Shown here: in pieces, positions 8,132 through 16,905 of the stretch
Numbering within the stretch: the stretch's first letter is position 1
Layout: each line of letters opens with the position of its first letter
Sequence record: NC_052655.1
Reading direction: 5' to 3' (one strand)
From: Escherichia phage alia
DNA: 64,000 nucleotides
Translations under genes and position numbers: made by a program
The notes under the pieces: generated by a model
Seen by the model: the letters and a program-made list of their open reading frames with translations, nothing else
Told to the model about the DNA's origin: nothing
Database searches by the model: none

Positions 8132-8344
8132 ATGTGTAATGACAGATACATTCTTCGTGTATCTGATAAGTCTCCTATGTTTGACTGGCGGGGCTGGTGG
8201 CTACTAGCTCCGATGCAAGGTCTGACAGACGTGGAAAAGGAGGCTTATGTGTATACAAAAGAAGAGATAGAAGATAGTCTTTATTTGACAGATAACATTA
8301 AGAATGGTATCTTTGAGTGTAAATTGAAAGGAGAGGAAGAATGA
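8132..8344 (+). CDS. hypothetical protein (70 aa)
   Basis: ORF track; abuts neighbours. Confidence 0.45.
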   Translation: MCNDRYILRVSDKSPMFDWRGWWLLAPMQGLTDVEKEAYVYTKEEIEDSLYLTDNIKNGIFECKLKGEEE

Positions 8345-8640
8345 CTGTTACAGAAAAACTGCGTTGTATTGCAAAGCAAAGTGGAGAAGGCTTATGGTTT
8401 CCTATTGATGAAGTTATTCAGGACTGTTATGATCAGGCTAAGACTGGCAAATATTCCAAAGCATTTAAACCATCTGTTTTCGGTTTGGATGACTATCCGA
8501 CAAATGAACAAGCAAAGAAACGCCAAGTTGATTTGATTGATCTTGCTATGGAAGCACTACGAGAGCGTGGACTTAGTAAGGTGTATGCTTTAAACACCAA
8601 AGAGGGTTTTGTAGATTCAGTGATCGTAGACTGGTATTAA
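8341..8640 (+). CDS. hypothetical protein (99 aa)
   Basis: ORF track; ATGA overlap with upstream stop; GGAGAGGAAG upstream. Confidence 0.55.
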   Translation: MTVTEKLRCIAKQSGEGLWFPIDEVIQDCYDQAKTGKYSKAFKPSVFGLDDYPTNEQAKKRQVDLIDLAMEALRERGLSKVYALNTKEGFVDSVIVDWY

Positions 8641-8649
8641 GGAGAAGTC

Positions 8650-9018
8650 ATGCAAGAAAATAATAAAGTGTGTAACATGAAAAGCAGCCCCTATTTGCTA
8701 CAATTTTATGAGTGGTGGTTAGAACAAGAAGATACAAACTTTAGCAAAAAGCATTATGGTCTTTGCACGTGTCTTGTAGACTTCTTATACAATATTGCTT
8801 GGATAAAAGATGTTGAGAGTGTATCAAAGCTCCAATCCTCTGTACGAGAGGAAATGAAGGAACAATTTAAGAAAGCGGGTTTGAACCATTTACATCCGTT
8901 TAATACGGATTTCTCGCACTACTTTACGGAAACAGAGCTAGGCATTGCACACCTTAATAAAGAACGTGTACAATGGGTGATTGATCGTATTCGTGATATG
9001 GAGGAATACAATGGTTAA
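8650..9018 (+). CDS. hypothetical protein, paralogue family A (122 aa)
   Basis: ORF track; shares LLQFYxxxL...LHPFN...HLNxxRxxWVxxRI pattern with the 9928..10512 product. Confidence 0.55.
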   Translation: MQENNKVCNMKSSPYLLQFYEWWLEQEDTNFSKKHYGLCTCLVDFLYNIAWIKDVESVSKLQSSVREEMKEQFKKAGLNHLHPFNTDFSHYFTETELGIAHLNKERVQWVIDRIRDMEEYNG

Positions 9019-9220
9019 GTTTAAAACTTTCTGTGCAATCACTGTTTGTCTTATTCTTGCATACGTGTTATTCTCTGGTATCGTTCGTTTAGGTGAGTAT
9101 ATGGCAAGAGAAGCTCGTGAAAGTGCAGCTAAAAAAGAACAGTGTATTGTGTTCAAGCATCAAAGAGATGCTGAAAAATTTCTTGAACAGGATTGTGGGC
9201 GCTATGTGAATTATAATTAG
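9011..9220 (+). CDS. hypothetical membrane-anchored protein, paralogue family B (69 aa)
   Basis: ORF track 8981..9220; start moved to ATG 9011 (GGAGG upstream). N-terminal TM helix plus C-terminal C-I-V-F-K-H...AE-F-L...C motif shared with 13379..13603. Confidence 0.5.
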   Translation: MVKFKTFCAITVCLILAYVLFSGIVRLGEYMAREARESAAKKEQCIVFKHQRDAEKFLEQDCGRYVNYN

Positions 9221-9229
9221 GAGGGAGAT

Positions 9230-9478
9230 ATGTTAGATATTTTTACCTTTGATCGTGTTGGTACACCGATTACCGAAGAAGAACGTACCAAAATTGAACA
9301 AGAATTGGATGCTTTACGTGCGTCTCTTACAGACACAGCCTCACTACAACGTGAAGCTGCACATCTCACAGAGATCACTGGTATTCAGTGGAGCACGGAG
9401 TGGGTTGTAATTACAATTGAAGCGGATATTTGGGGACATGAAGAGACGCTACGTACCGGAGTAGTAACGATTTGGTGA
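9230..9478 (+). CDS. hypothetical protein (82 aa)
   Basis: ORF track; GGAGGGAG RBS. Confidence 0.55.
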   Translation: MLDIFTFDRVGTPITEEERTKIEQELDALRASLTDTASLQREAAHLTEITGIQWSTEWVVITIEADIWGHEETLRTGVVTIW

Positions 9479-9524
9479 TAGATGTTATTCTTTTGTGTTT
9501 CTTGATATATAAATAGGAGGACTT

Positions 9525-9749
9525 ATGGTAAAACGTTTGGAATGGGATGCGTGTACTGCTCACGCTTGTCACTGCGATATTGTTGAAGATCCTAATGGAG
9601 AGATGGTGTATTATGAGGATTACGAAGCATTGCACAATGCTGTGATTGCTTTACTGGATGACATTAGCTCACGCTATCCAGGACAACAGTTTACGTGTCC
9701 ACATATCCAACTATTAGCCAAACTTACGGAGTATCCAAGTGTTCCATAA
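9525..9749 (+). CDS. hypothetical protein, paralogue family C (74 aa)
   Basis: ORF track; AGGAGG RBS; shares CDIVxDPxG...YV...DY motif with 14264..14527. Confidence 0.55.
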   Translation: MVKRLEWDACTAHACHCDIVEDPNGEMVYYEDYEALHNAVIALLDDISSRYPGQQFTCPHIQLLAKLTEYPSVP

Positions 9750-9750
9750 T

Positions 9751-9918
9751 ATGGGTGTCCCTGAACAACTGCTCTTTATTGTAGGATTAGTAGGCTTATT
9801 GGCGGCTGGCGCTAAAGCCGCTTCTCACACGCATCACATAATGTTAAGATTTCTATTCCTGCTCCCTTCTATCCTCGTACTACTAGTCATACTGATCGAT
9901 AACATTTTTCACAATTAA
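9751..9918 (+). CDS. small hydrophobic protein (55 aa), candidate membrane protein
   Basis: Not in ORF track. ATG 9751 directly after upstream stop; translation contains LLFIVGLVGLLAAGA and LFLLPSILVLLVILI hydrophobic stretches; no clear SD. Confidence 0.3.
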   Translation: MGVPEQLLFIVGLVGLLAAGAKAASHTHHIMLRFLFLLPSILVLLVILIDNIFHN

Positions 9919-9927
9919 GGAGAGGCT

Positions 9928-10512
9928 ATGAGTAAAATTATACCAAGCAGTTATGAATTATTGCAGTTTTATGTATATTACTTAGACTGGGTTAATAGAT
10001 CGAATGTTAAAGACAATGCGATGTTTAGTAAAAACATCTGTTTAACAGAAAGTATCTTCCGTTATTGGCACACAGGCAGAAAGTGTACACACAGTGAAGC
10101 TATGCGTATTGTAGGTGAATACCTGGAGCAATTGCAAAAAGCAGAACTTCCTGTCCTTCACCCATTCAATGAATCTAAAGAAGAATTAGAACAAGAGTGT
10201 AGAGAAGGTAAGTGCCATTTGAATGAAAAACGTATCGAATGGGTGAGGCAACGTTTAGCCGATGCAGGAAAGACTCCTAGTGACTCTGACTATACGTGGT
10301 ATGATGTAGAGGGTTTAGTTCAAGGTTTTGAGGCTTGTGCTATAGATAATACAAACTTTGCCAAAGTTTTATGCGAGGCGTATGACCTGGCAGATAAAAT
10401 CCGAAATCACGGATGGAAACAAGAGCATAAAGAATCATATGAACGCCTTGACAAGATTTTCAAACAGATCTATTCTAACCACAAGAAGATGTTCCAAATG
10501 GAGGATGTGTAA
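9928..10512 (+). CDS. hypothetical protein, paralogue family A (194 aa)
   Basis: ORF track; AAGGAGAGG RBS; paralogue of 8650..9018. Confidence 0.6.
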   Translation: MSKIIPSSYELLQFYVYYLDWVNRSNVKDNAMFSKNICLTESIFRYWHTGRKCTHSEAMRIVGEYLEQLQKAELPVLHPFNESKEELEQECREGKCHLNEKRIEWVRQRLADAGKTPSDSDYTWYDVEGLVQGFEACAIDNTNFAKVLCEAYDLADKIRNHGWKQEHKESYERLDKIFKQIYSNHKKMFQMEDV

Positions 10513-10578
10513 TGAAAGAGATTATGTTTGAAGGGCATCGCATTGAATTGCTAAAACACGTTAAATAAGGAGAGTAAT

Positions 10579-10983
10579 ATGTGGTCTGTTAAAATCAAAT
10601 ATAATGCGCAGTATTATGGTGGAAAGCCTTACGAAGTTGTTATTTGTGACTGTATCTCTAAAGAAGTTGCACAGCTTTGTGGTGCTGGTGTTAGTGAAGC
10701 TATGAACAAAATGCATAACTCGACTGTGCGTTACCTGGATCAAGATATTCCAGAAGATGTAAATGACTATGCTTACGAAGTTATTTACAGTGAAGGTAAG
10801 AAGCTCTCTATTGAAGATGCACTTAAAGCACTACCTGTTATGTGCAGCCCAACACCAGAAGCAGTTAAAGAGATTTTACCAGAATCCAACCCCGATGAAT
10901 ATGCTTCTATGGTTGCTTCAGATATGTGGAATCTCTGTCGAGAAACTATGATTAAAAATCTTGTGGAAATGGCGCATGAGTAA
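10579..10983 (+). CDS. hypothetical protein (134 aa)
   Basis: ORF track; AAGGAGAG RBS. Confidence 0.55.
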   Translation: MWSVKIKYNAQYYGGKPYEVVICDCISKEVAQLCGAGVSEAMNKMHNSTVRYLDQDIPEDVNDYAYEVIYSEGKKLSIEDALKALPVMCSPTPEAVKEILPESNPDEYASMVASDMWNLCRETMIKNLVEMAHE

Positions 10984-11194
10984 AACACACTTTATACATC
11001 CGTTTGATCCAAAGAACAAGGCGGTTATACACCGCCGTTGGACTGAAACGCGCATTACAAAATGTCCTGTGCCAGCAGCACAGGAATATAACAAAACATA
11101 TAAAGCAGAATTTGTGGAGTACACCTTTGTAAATAACAAAGGGAAGGAGGTTTATGTTCCAGAATACTGCCTTTGGATAAAATGGGAGGAATAA
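10976..11194 (+). CDS. hypothetical protein (72 aa)
   Basis: ORF track 10961..11194; start moved to ATG 10976 overlapping the upstream stop. Confidence 0.45.
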   Translation: MSKTHFIHPFDPKNKAVIHRRWTETRITKCPVPAAQEYNKTYKAEFVEYTFVNNKGKEVYVPEYCLWIKWEE

Positions 11195-11361
11195 TGCAAA
11201 CATTTTTTATCGACAAGTTCAATAAAAGTATGAACACGTGGATGGCAACATTCACTATGCAATTTGCGTCATTTAAAGAAGCTCAAGAATGGTGCGATCA
11301 ACACAAGGATTTTGATTTTTACTATCAAGTTAATGCAAACCTTTCTCCAGAGGAGAAATAA
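11194..11361 (+). CDS. hypothetical protein (55 aa)
   Basis: ORF track 11173..11361; start moved to ATG 11194 (GGGAGG 4-5 nt upstream). Confidence 0.45.
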   Translation: MQTFFIDKFNKSMNTWMATFTMQFASFKEAQEWCDQHKDFDFYYQVNANLSPEEK

Positions 11362-11362
11362 T

Positions 11363-11707
11363 ATGTTAGCTGATATTGAAATCCTTATGTACCGACAAGG
11401 TATGATCAAAATGTGGCTAGATTCTTTTAGCAACATATACTGCACAGTACGATCAGCAGACGAGCGTAAAACGCTTATTTTATCTGCTATTGTTGATAAA
11501 CAACGTTTCTTCAAAGAAATTTTGCAAACAGGCTTCTCCGATGCAGGAGTAGAGATTGCAACGCTTAGTCTTGGAGTGCTGTCTTACTTGGAATCCGTTG
11601 TTTTATATGTCTTCTCTTTAGAAGAACACTTGCAATTTGAAGCATTAAAACTTATCTTAGATGCTGCAATTGACATAGAACAAAATCGAATTGATTCTTT
11701 TGAATAA
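11363..11707 (+). CDS. hypothetical protein (114 aa)
   Basis: ORF track 11264..11707; start moved to ATG 11363 (AGAGGAGAAATAAT upstream), giving a non-overlapping chain. Confidence 0.5.
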   Translation: MLADIEILMYRQGMIKMWLDSFSNIYCTVRSADERKTLILSAIVDKQRFFKEILQTGFSDAGVEIATLSLGVLSYLESVVLYVFSLEEHLQFEALKLILDAAIDIEQNRIDSFE

Positions 11708-11723
11708 AAATAAGGAGGAAACT

Positions 11724-12182
11724 ATGCAAGAGGTTAAACATTATCCACATGGTCGTAGTTTTGTAGCTGTATGGCATGTTCCTGCTCGTAATGAACTATT
11801 TTGTGCATCTTTTCATTACAAAGATGGACAATATTTCACCTATGACGAAACGATGGATGATTTTATCCCAGAGTGCGATCATGGGTATACACCAATGTTC
11901 TTTAAACGTATGAAAGCTCGTTTCTTCGTTACAGATGTTGATGGTGAACCTACTTGGCACATCGAAGAAGATTGGCAAGATTCTGTGGATATTAAAGAAG
12001 CCCCAGAATGGGCTACATTACTGGTACACGTCAAAACCCCTACTCTTGACGTTATGGCGTGGGTTAATCATGATGATACCCATTACCAATACATAAATGG
12101 TAGCACAGAGATTTCTGGTGAGATTATTGGTCGTTGGAAGCCTACGAATCAGGTTGCTATTGTCGGGTATAAGACAGTATAA
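11724..12182 (+). CDS. hypothetical protein (152 aa)
   Basis: ORF track 11691..12182; start moved to ATG 11724 (AAGGAGGAAACT upstream). Confidence 0.55.
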   Translation: MQEVKHYPHGRSFVAVWHVPARNELFCASFHYKDGQYFTYDETMDDFIPECDHGYTPMFFKRMKARFFVTDVDGEPTWHIEEDWQDSVDIKEAPEWATLLVHVKTPTLDVMAWVNHDDTHYQYINGSTEISGEIIGRWKPTNQVAIVGYKTV

Positions 12183-12183
12183 T

Positions 12184-12378
12184 ATGAAAAATAATGTAGA
12201 TTGGGATGATTTATCCGATTTTGAAAAATGGTTCTTAGGTAGTGGTTGTTATGCAGACGGGGATCTCGAAAGAGATCCTTCTGGAAACTACACTATGCCA
12301 TTAACCCAAGGTTTTTATGAGTGCTGGTGCGCAGCACAAAACAACGTACTGAATAAGGAGACAACACAATGCAATTAA
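12184..12378 (+). CDS. hypothetical protein (64 aa)
   Basis: ORF track 12097..12378; start moved to ATG 12184 after the upstream stop; SD weak. Confidence 0.4.
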   Translation: MKNNVDWDDLSDFEKWFLGSGCYADGDLERDPSGNYTMPLTQGFYECWCAAQNNVLNKETTQCN

Positions 12379-12608
12379 ACATCGGACAACCAATTTTTGA
12401 TGCAGATACTGGTCAATATGCAGTGATTGTTGCTCGTATGAGCGGTGATGACCTTATTGTTTCAGAACTACTCGGATCAGATCCGCAACTGCGCGTAGTA
12501 TGTGACCTATATCTTCGAGACGAAAGTGATCGCATTGCACTGAAAGAAGATGGTATGCTCTACTACACCTGGACTAGAGATCCTGGAGTAACGGAGGTAG
12601 AGGTATAA
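12369..12608 (+). CDS. hypothetical protein (79 aa)
   Basis: ORF track; AAGGAGACAAC upstream. Confidence 0.5.
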   Translation: MQLNIGQPIFDADTGQYAVIVARMSGDDLIVSELLGSDPQLRVVCDLYLRDESDRIALKEDGMLYYTWTRDPGVTEVEV

Positions 12609-12907
12609 TGGTAAGGAATAGGGGTTTACATAAAAGAAGACACCTTACTTACTGGCATCGTAAAGTACATGAACCTGTATCAAAGAAAGAATGGCAATAT
12701 CTGCCTTATGGGAAGGAGCGAAGAAAGTATTTGTTAGCTCATTTAAGGGTACATGGTTCTCTTCCTGTTAACAGTAAGTGGCAATTGCAAACAGCTTATG
12801 ACGAAGATATGAAATATCTGTTAAAGAGAGGCATTATTTGCCTTGTTAAGATCGGACGATGGAAATCTCGTCAATCTTATATCGTACTTAAACAGGAGAA
12901 ACGATGA
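12608..12907 (+). CDS. hypothetical basic protein (99 aa)
   Basis: ORF track; GGAGGTAGAGG upstream; K/R-rich. Confidence 0.5.
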   Translation: MVRNRGLHKRRHLTYWHRKVHEPVSKKEWQYLPYGKERRKYLLAHLRVHGSLPVNSKWQLQTAYDEDMKYLLKRGIICLVKIGRWKSRQSYIVLKQEKR

Positions 12908-13155
12908 ATATCAAAGATGTTGTAGCATACGTAGAAGATGAAGTTAAAAACCATACAAGTTTACTGAAAGTAATGGTTGTGGTTAAAGATGGTATTGGAC
13001 AAGTAAACGTACAACATGTCTTATCTGACACTGTATATAATGTGTTTGAATGTAAAGAAACACCTCATGGAGTACGTGTGGTTTATATTGATAACAATTT
13101 CAAAGAATGTGTGAGACATACCTTAGAAAATGAACTAAGGATCACAATCTTATGA
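12904..13155 (+). CDS. hypothetical protein (83 aa)
   Basis: ORF track; ATGA overlap; CAGGAG upstream. Confidence 0.5.
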   Translation: MNIKDVVAYVEDEVKNHTSLLKVMVVVKDGIGQVNVQHVLSDTVYNVFECKETPHGVRVVYIDNNFKECVRHTLENELRITIL

Positions 13156-13325
13156 GTTATTATGTTGTACCTTATGCCAATAAGTGGAGAGTAAGAGAAA
13201 CTTGTTTTCTATTCTCCTGGTGGGCTACGTTCGGAGATGGTTGTGGAAATGATACAGGGAAGCCTGTAGAGTACGACACAAAAGAAGAATGTGAACAGTG
13301 GATAAAATTAACACAAAGATGTTGA
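13152..13325 (+). CDS. hypothetical Cys-containing small protein (57 aa)
   Basis: Not in ORF track. ATGA-coupled to upstream stop; translation MSYYVVPYANKWRVRETCFLFSWWATFGDGCGNDTGKPVEYDTKEECEQWIKLTQRC. Confidence 0.35.
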   Translation: MSYYVVPYANKWRVRETCFLFSWWATFGDGCGNDTGKPVEYDTKEECEQWIKLTQRC

Positions 13326-13378
13326 CACGATCTTAACTTCTTGTTAGTATCAATGTGTACTAACGATAAGGAGGGTTT

Positions 13379-13603
13379 ATGAAGTCTGTAAACAAGTTGC
13401 AACAATTTTTGTTATCAACAGCAATCTTTTTGCTTTTGTTAATTGGTATTCTGTATGGTGCATCTAATTTGTACAATCTACATAATGATGTAGAACAGAA
13501 CAAAGAGAAGTGCATCATTCTAAAACACAATAAACAAGCAGAAGATTTCTTAAAGAATAAGTGTTACAACTACATTGATTATGAGGAGACAAACAATGAT
13601 TAA
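13379..13603 (+). CDS. hypothetical membrane-anchored protein, paralogue family B (74 aa)
   Basis: ORF track; AAGGAGGG RBS; TM helix plus C-I-I-L-K-H...AE-F-L...C motif as in 9011..9220. Confidence 0.55.
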   Translation: MKSVNKLQQFLLSTAIFLLLLIGILYGASNLYNLHNDVEQNKEKCIILKHNKQAEDFLKNKCYNYIDYEETNND

Positions 13604-13838
13604 AGAATTAGGTATGCGAGTATACAGTGAGTGGACTCCAAGCAATGGCCCAGGAGTTGTTGCAGCTAAATGTATCAATGGTCGTATTGAGTACCTGGAA
13701 GGGTATGAAGATAATGAAGAGTTAGTAGATTATGCTAAATCTTTTATTGAAGATGATACAGACTTTATTGTATTATATGATACAGGAGAGTTAGAGTATG
13801 GATATGATGGAGATGGGGATATCTTTGAACTTCAATAA
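13596..13838 (+). CDS. hypothetical protein (80 aa)
   Basis: ORF track 13575..13838; start moved to ATG 13596 (GAGGAG upstream). Confidence 0.5.
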   Translation: MIKELGMRVYSEWTPSNGPGVVAAKCINGRIEYLEGYEDNEELVDYAKSFIEDDTDFIVLYDTGELEYGYDGDGDIFELQ

Positions 13839-14045
13839 GAGTAGTAAGTAAGGTATAAAGAGTATATAGTTAGTTATAGAGTTAGTAACATTACATATAC
13901 TCTTTCCATGTATAACATGGAATATTCTCTACCTCGCTATCGCTCGGTATATAAGATTAGGGTAGCATGTTTTTTACGAAAAGTAAAACTGTTTATACCG
14001 ATTGATAGCAGGTTTTTAATAGATTTTATCTATGAGGAGTAGAAA

Positions 14046-14264
14046 GTGTACAAATTATATAAAGCAAAAGATAAGTTTACGGGTAATACATCTGGTTTCT
14101 ATGTAACACCACGTGGTGTTGCTGTGTTTGATTGGATCTCTGGTACGCCAGATCGTGAAATGATCTCTCTTGTAAAACTGTCAGAACAAGATTATACTTA
14201 CGGTGACATTACAACGTTCTATTCTCGTGCAGAAAATCCAAAACTAATTGCGGAGTGGGAATAA
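14046..14264 (+). CDS. hypothetical protein (72 aa), GTG start
   Basis: ORF track; GAGGAG 7 nt upstream of GTG 14046; follows a 200-nt AT-rich spacer. Confidence 0.45.
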   Translation: MYKLYKAKDKFTGNTSGFYVTPRGVAVFDWISGTPDREMISLVKLSEQDYTYGDITTFYSRAENPKLIAEWE

Positions 14265-14527
14265 TGGTTACACGATATGGCTTAGAGGTGTACAGTCAAG
14301 GTGCTGCTGGTCAATGTGATATTGTACCAGATCCAGAAGGAGATTATGTTCTCCTTGCCGATTACAATAAGCTAGAAGAAAGACTTCTGGCTGTGTATGC
14401 TAAAGAGAACAAAACAATCTGTCCTTATTGCAGTGGCATGGGTTGGGTGGTTGCAGATGTTGGACAAATGTACGAATGTGTACCTTGTAAAACCACAGGC
14501 TTTATTGAAAAGGATACTAACAAATGA
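14264..14527 (+). CDS. hypothetical protein, paralogue family C (87 aa)
   Basis: ORF track 14255..14527 (GTG); ATG 14264 chosen. C-terminal CxxC...CxxC cysteine pairs; shares CDIVPDPEGDYV motif with 9525..9749. Confidence 0.5.
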   Translation: MVTRYGLEVYSQGAAGQCDIVPDPEGDYVLLADYNKLEERLLAVYAKENKTICPYCSGMGWVVADVGQMYECVPCKTTGFIEKDTNK

Positions 14528-14772
14528 CTGTAGCAGATAGAATGAGAGAACTAGCAGAAAACGCAGAACTTAACAAAGCAAAGGATAGTCTACAAAATAT
14601 CTACTCGTATATTGAGAGAGCAGCTAAAGATGGAGACAGAGAAGTTGCTATATACACGCTTTATCCAACTTTTGTAAAAGTTAACTTGGATGCTGAAGGT
14701 TTTTCAACTTTTATTGATACAGAAACATCTCATTACGACGAAAACTTTACTCGAATAGTTATTCGATGGTAA
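14524..14772 (+). CDS. hypothetical protein (82 aa)
   Basis: ORF track; ATGA overlap. Confidence 0.5.
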   Translation: MTVADRMRELAENAELNKAKDSLQNIYSYIERAAKDGDREVAIYTLYPTFVKVNLDAEGFSTFIDTETSHYDENFTRIVIRW

Positions 14773-14877
14773 ATTTCTGACATTTATGCGCCCTGGCTAC
14801 CTGGGCGTAATAAATTCAGCTTATATTTGATCCGCGCCTTCGGCGCTTAGGCAAAGCCACGCCACACAGGAGGGTTT

Positions 14878-15288
14878 ATGTTCAAATGGTTAAAAGGGTT
14901 TCTAACATCTTTGGCAGAACCTAAGCAAGATGTTATTAAAAGCTCTATCACAGGGAAACCGCTTGTTATAGTTACAGGCGGCTTTGGTCATGGGTTTTCT
15001 CTTAAACAAACAGATATAGGCTTACAGGGGTGTCTGATTAGTTTTAGAATCACTCAATTAGGAGATAATAGACAAACAATCTTAGATCTTTTCAATGGGG
15101 AGTTTGATGATTATTTATCTAAGAGTGATAAAGAACGTCTGATCGAGCATATAAAACACCGCTATGAGCGTGGTGGTTACTATTTAGAGACAAAACGTAA
15201 TTCACAAGGTGATCTTGACATAGTTAGCATAGCGTGGGATAATGAATTTAAAACTAAACTTGGTAAACTTCTGGAGGAGTTATGGTAA
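14878..15288 (+). CDS. hypothetical protein (136 aa)
   Basis: ORF track; AGGAGGG RBS; follows GC-rich hairpins at 14790-14850. Confidence 0.55.
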   Translation: MFKWLKGFLTSLAEPKQDVIKSSITGKPLVIVTGGFGHGFSLKQTDIGLQGCLISFRITQLGDNRQTILDLFNGEFDDYLSKSDKERLIEHIKHRYERGGYYLETKRNSQGDLDIVSIAWDNEFKTKLGKLLEELW

Positions 15289-15464
15289 ATATTAAAACAG
15301 GTGATATTGTACGTCTTGCCAGCGAAGAAATGTTAATGACTGTAATGGTATCTACTTACGATACTTGCGAAGTGGTGTGGTTTGATGTTAATGAGCAACT
15401 ACAGAAAGCTACATTTGATAAACGTATGCTTCGTAAAGTTGAAGAAGTGAAGGAGGAAGAATAA
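15282..15464 (+). CDS. hypothetical protein (60 aa)
   Basis: ORF track; GGAGGAG upstream. Confidence 0.45.
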   Translation: MVNIKTGDIVRLASEEMLMTVMVSTYDTCEVVWFDVNEQLQKATFDKRMLRKVEEVKEEE

Positions 15465-15465
15465 T

Positions 15466-15678
15466 ATGGGAATGTTGCTTCGTGTTTTTGTGTTTCTTAT
15501 GTTCTGGATTATCGTTGGTAACGGTATTGTATTTTTGATTTTTCCTGAAGTGATGACAGGTAATGAAAATAAGGCAGTGCCTTACATTATGCTTATCGGT
15601 TACGGTATTGGTACACTTGGACTACTGTTTGCTGATTGGTTAATCAATACTTTGTTCTCTAAGTACAGGAACAACTAA
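15466..15678 (+). CDS. hypothetical membrane protein (70 aa, two predicted TM helices)
   Basis: ORF track; translation has two hydrophobic stretches (VFVFLMFWIIVGNGIVFLIF and YIMLIGYGIGTLGLLFADWLI). Confidence 0.5.
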   Translation: MGMLLRVFVFLMFWIIVGNGIVFLIFPEVMTGNENKAVPYIMLIGYGIGTLGLLFADWLINTLFSKYRNN

Positions 15679-15679
15679 T

Positions 15680-15952
15680 ATGTCGGAAAACTTACCTAAT
15701 GTTTTCTTTTGTTTTGTAGATTGTGTTACACAAGAAATTATAGTTGACGAAGAAGGTATGTTTACTTATTTTGCATCTGAAGAAGAGGCAAAACTATCAG
15801 CTATGAAATGTATAAGCCAAATGTCAGTATCTGCTGTCAACAGGTTCGGTATTGCCCAGGTGTATAAAACAGTAACAGAGTTTACACCAGATCGAAAACT
15901 AACTTTTCTTAACGTTCACTTTGTTTGTAAGTTTAGTGAACTACGACATTAA
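15680..15952 (+). CDS. hypothetical protein (90 aa)
   Basis: ORF track. Confidence 0.5.
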   Translation: MSENLPNVFFCFVDCVTQEIIVDEEGMFTYFASEEEAKLSAMKCISQMSVSAVNRFGIAQVYKTVTEFTPDRKLTFLNVHFVCKFSELRH

Positions 15953-15966
15953 AAGCAGGAGTAAAA

Positions 15967-16566
15967 ATGAAAGAATATTGGAGTGGTGAGAAGGGCTTGC
16001 TAAAGCCAGGGATGCTTTTGCGAGTAAAGAACATGTTGATCACACAAGATTACATAATGCCTAATCCTGGAGCATTAGTAGAATTCCTTACTGCGCGAGA
16101 TCAACCTGGGGTTGGTGAAATGTGGATTGTAACGTGGATATCTCTCGATAGTAAATTGCGCGTTGCTCCTATTGACCCAAAACACTTGGAATCTCCTTAC
16201 GCCAGCATTGATTCTCGGATCATAGATTTGGCTAGAGTTTATAAGGCTAGGACTGGTGTAGAATTAGATGTAGAAATTTTAAATCAATGTATTGACTTCT
16301 TACCTGAAAAAGTGCATAATGCACAACAAGAAGATAGCAGTTTAGAAGTTATTCTTCTGAATGATGGGATGTTCTCTGGTTTGGCATCTGTAGATTTTCC
16401 AATAACATTAAGATTGTTACCTGGAGAATACGTACTAGATGAAGATACTATTGCTATATCCTCTAAAATTTTAGAACTCATTCCAGGTGCAAGGTGTGTT
16501 GGTGATACATCTTCCTTGCTGTTTACTCTGAATGAAGAAGCCGTTATAGTTAAAAAGGAGAAGTAA
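15967..16566 (+). CDS. hypothetical protein (199 aa)
   Basis: ORF track; AGCAGGAG RBS. Confidence 0.6.
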   Translation: MKEYWSGEKGLLKPGMLLRVKNMLITQDYIMPNPGALVEFLTARDQPGVGEMWIVTWISLDSKLRVAPIDPKHLESPYASIDSRIIDLARVYKARTGVELDVEILNQCIDFLPEKVHNAQQEDSSLEVILLNDGMFSGLASVDFPITLRLLPGEYVLDEDTIAISSKILELIPGARCVGDTSSLLFTLNEEAVIVKKEK

Positions 16567-16671
16567 ATGATGACGTTTATTGTTGGTGTTGTTGTTGGTT
16601 ATTTTGGTCACAAGTATCAGGATGTTATCATCGCTAAAGTTGACGAAGTAATCGAAAAATTTAAACACTAA
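16567..16671 (+). CDS. small membrane peptide (34 aa)
   Basis: Not in ORF track. ATG directly after upstream stop with AAGGAGAAG upstream; translation MMTFIVGVVVGYFGHKYQDVIIAKVDEVIEKFKH. Confidence 0.35.
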   Translation: MMTFIVGVVVGYFGHKYQDVIIAKVDEVIEKFKH

Positions 16672-16722
16672 TTTTCTAAAAGGCTGTACTATTGTGCAGC
16701 CTATCTTTCAAAGGAGAGTAAA

Positions 16723-16896
16723 ATGTTCAAAGATACCAATTATAAATGTGTACATTGTGGTAAATCTTTTGGTGATCACCAAGCTAAGACGTTCAATTGT
16801 CCACGAAAAGGGCGAGGTAGCTTTAAAGGTTTTAATCCATCCCACGTTTATTCTCCCAACTACGAGAAACCAGAAGAAGAAAAATTTGTAATCTGA
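16723..16896 (+). CDS. small Cys-pair protein (57 aa), possible zinc-ribbon
   Basis: AAGGAGAG 6 nt upstream of ATG 16723; translation MFKDTNYKCVHCGKSFGDHQAKTFNCPRKG... has CxxC plus a third Cys. Preferred over the overlapping track ORF 16694..16891 (different frame, no RBS). Confidence 0.45.
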   Translation: MFKDTNYKCVHCGKSFGDHQAKTFNCPRKGRGSFKGFNPSHVYSPNYEKPEEEKFVI

Positions 16897-16905
16897 GGAG
16901 GCAAT

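Noticed and set aside
10561-11514. Cluster of overlapping track ORFs on both strands (10561..10743-, 10763..10951+, 10785..10988-, 10918..11139-, 10952..11203-, 11055..11255-, 11269..11514-)
   Set aside because: All overlap the co-directional plus-strand chain 10579..10983 / 10976..11194 / 11194..11361 / 11363..11707, which has SDs and start-stop coupling; the others are alternative-frame or antisense ORFs typical of AT-rich DNA.
16694-16891. Track ORF (65 aa) starting inside a hairpin
   Set aside because: Replaced by the overlapping different-frame ORF 16723..16896, which has a strong AAGGAG RBS and a Cys-pair motif.
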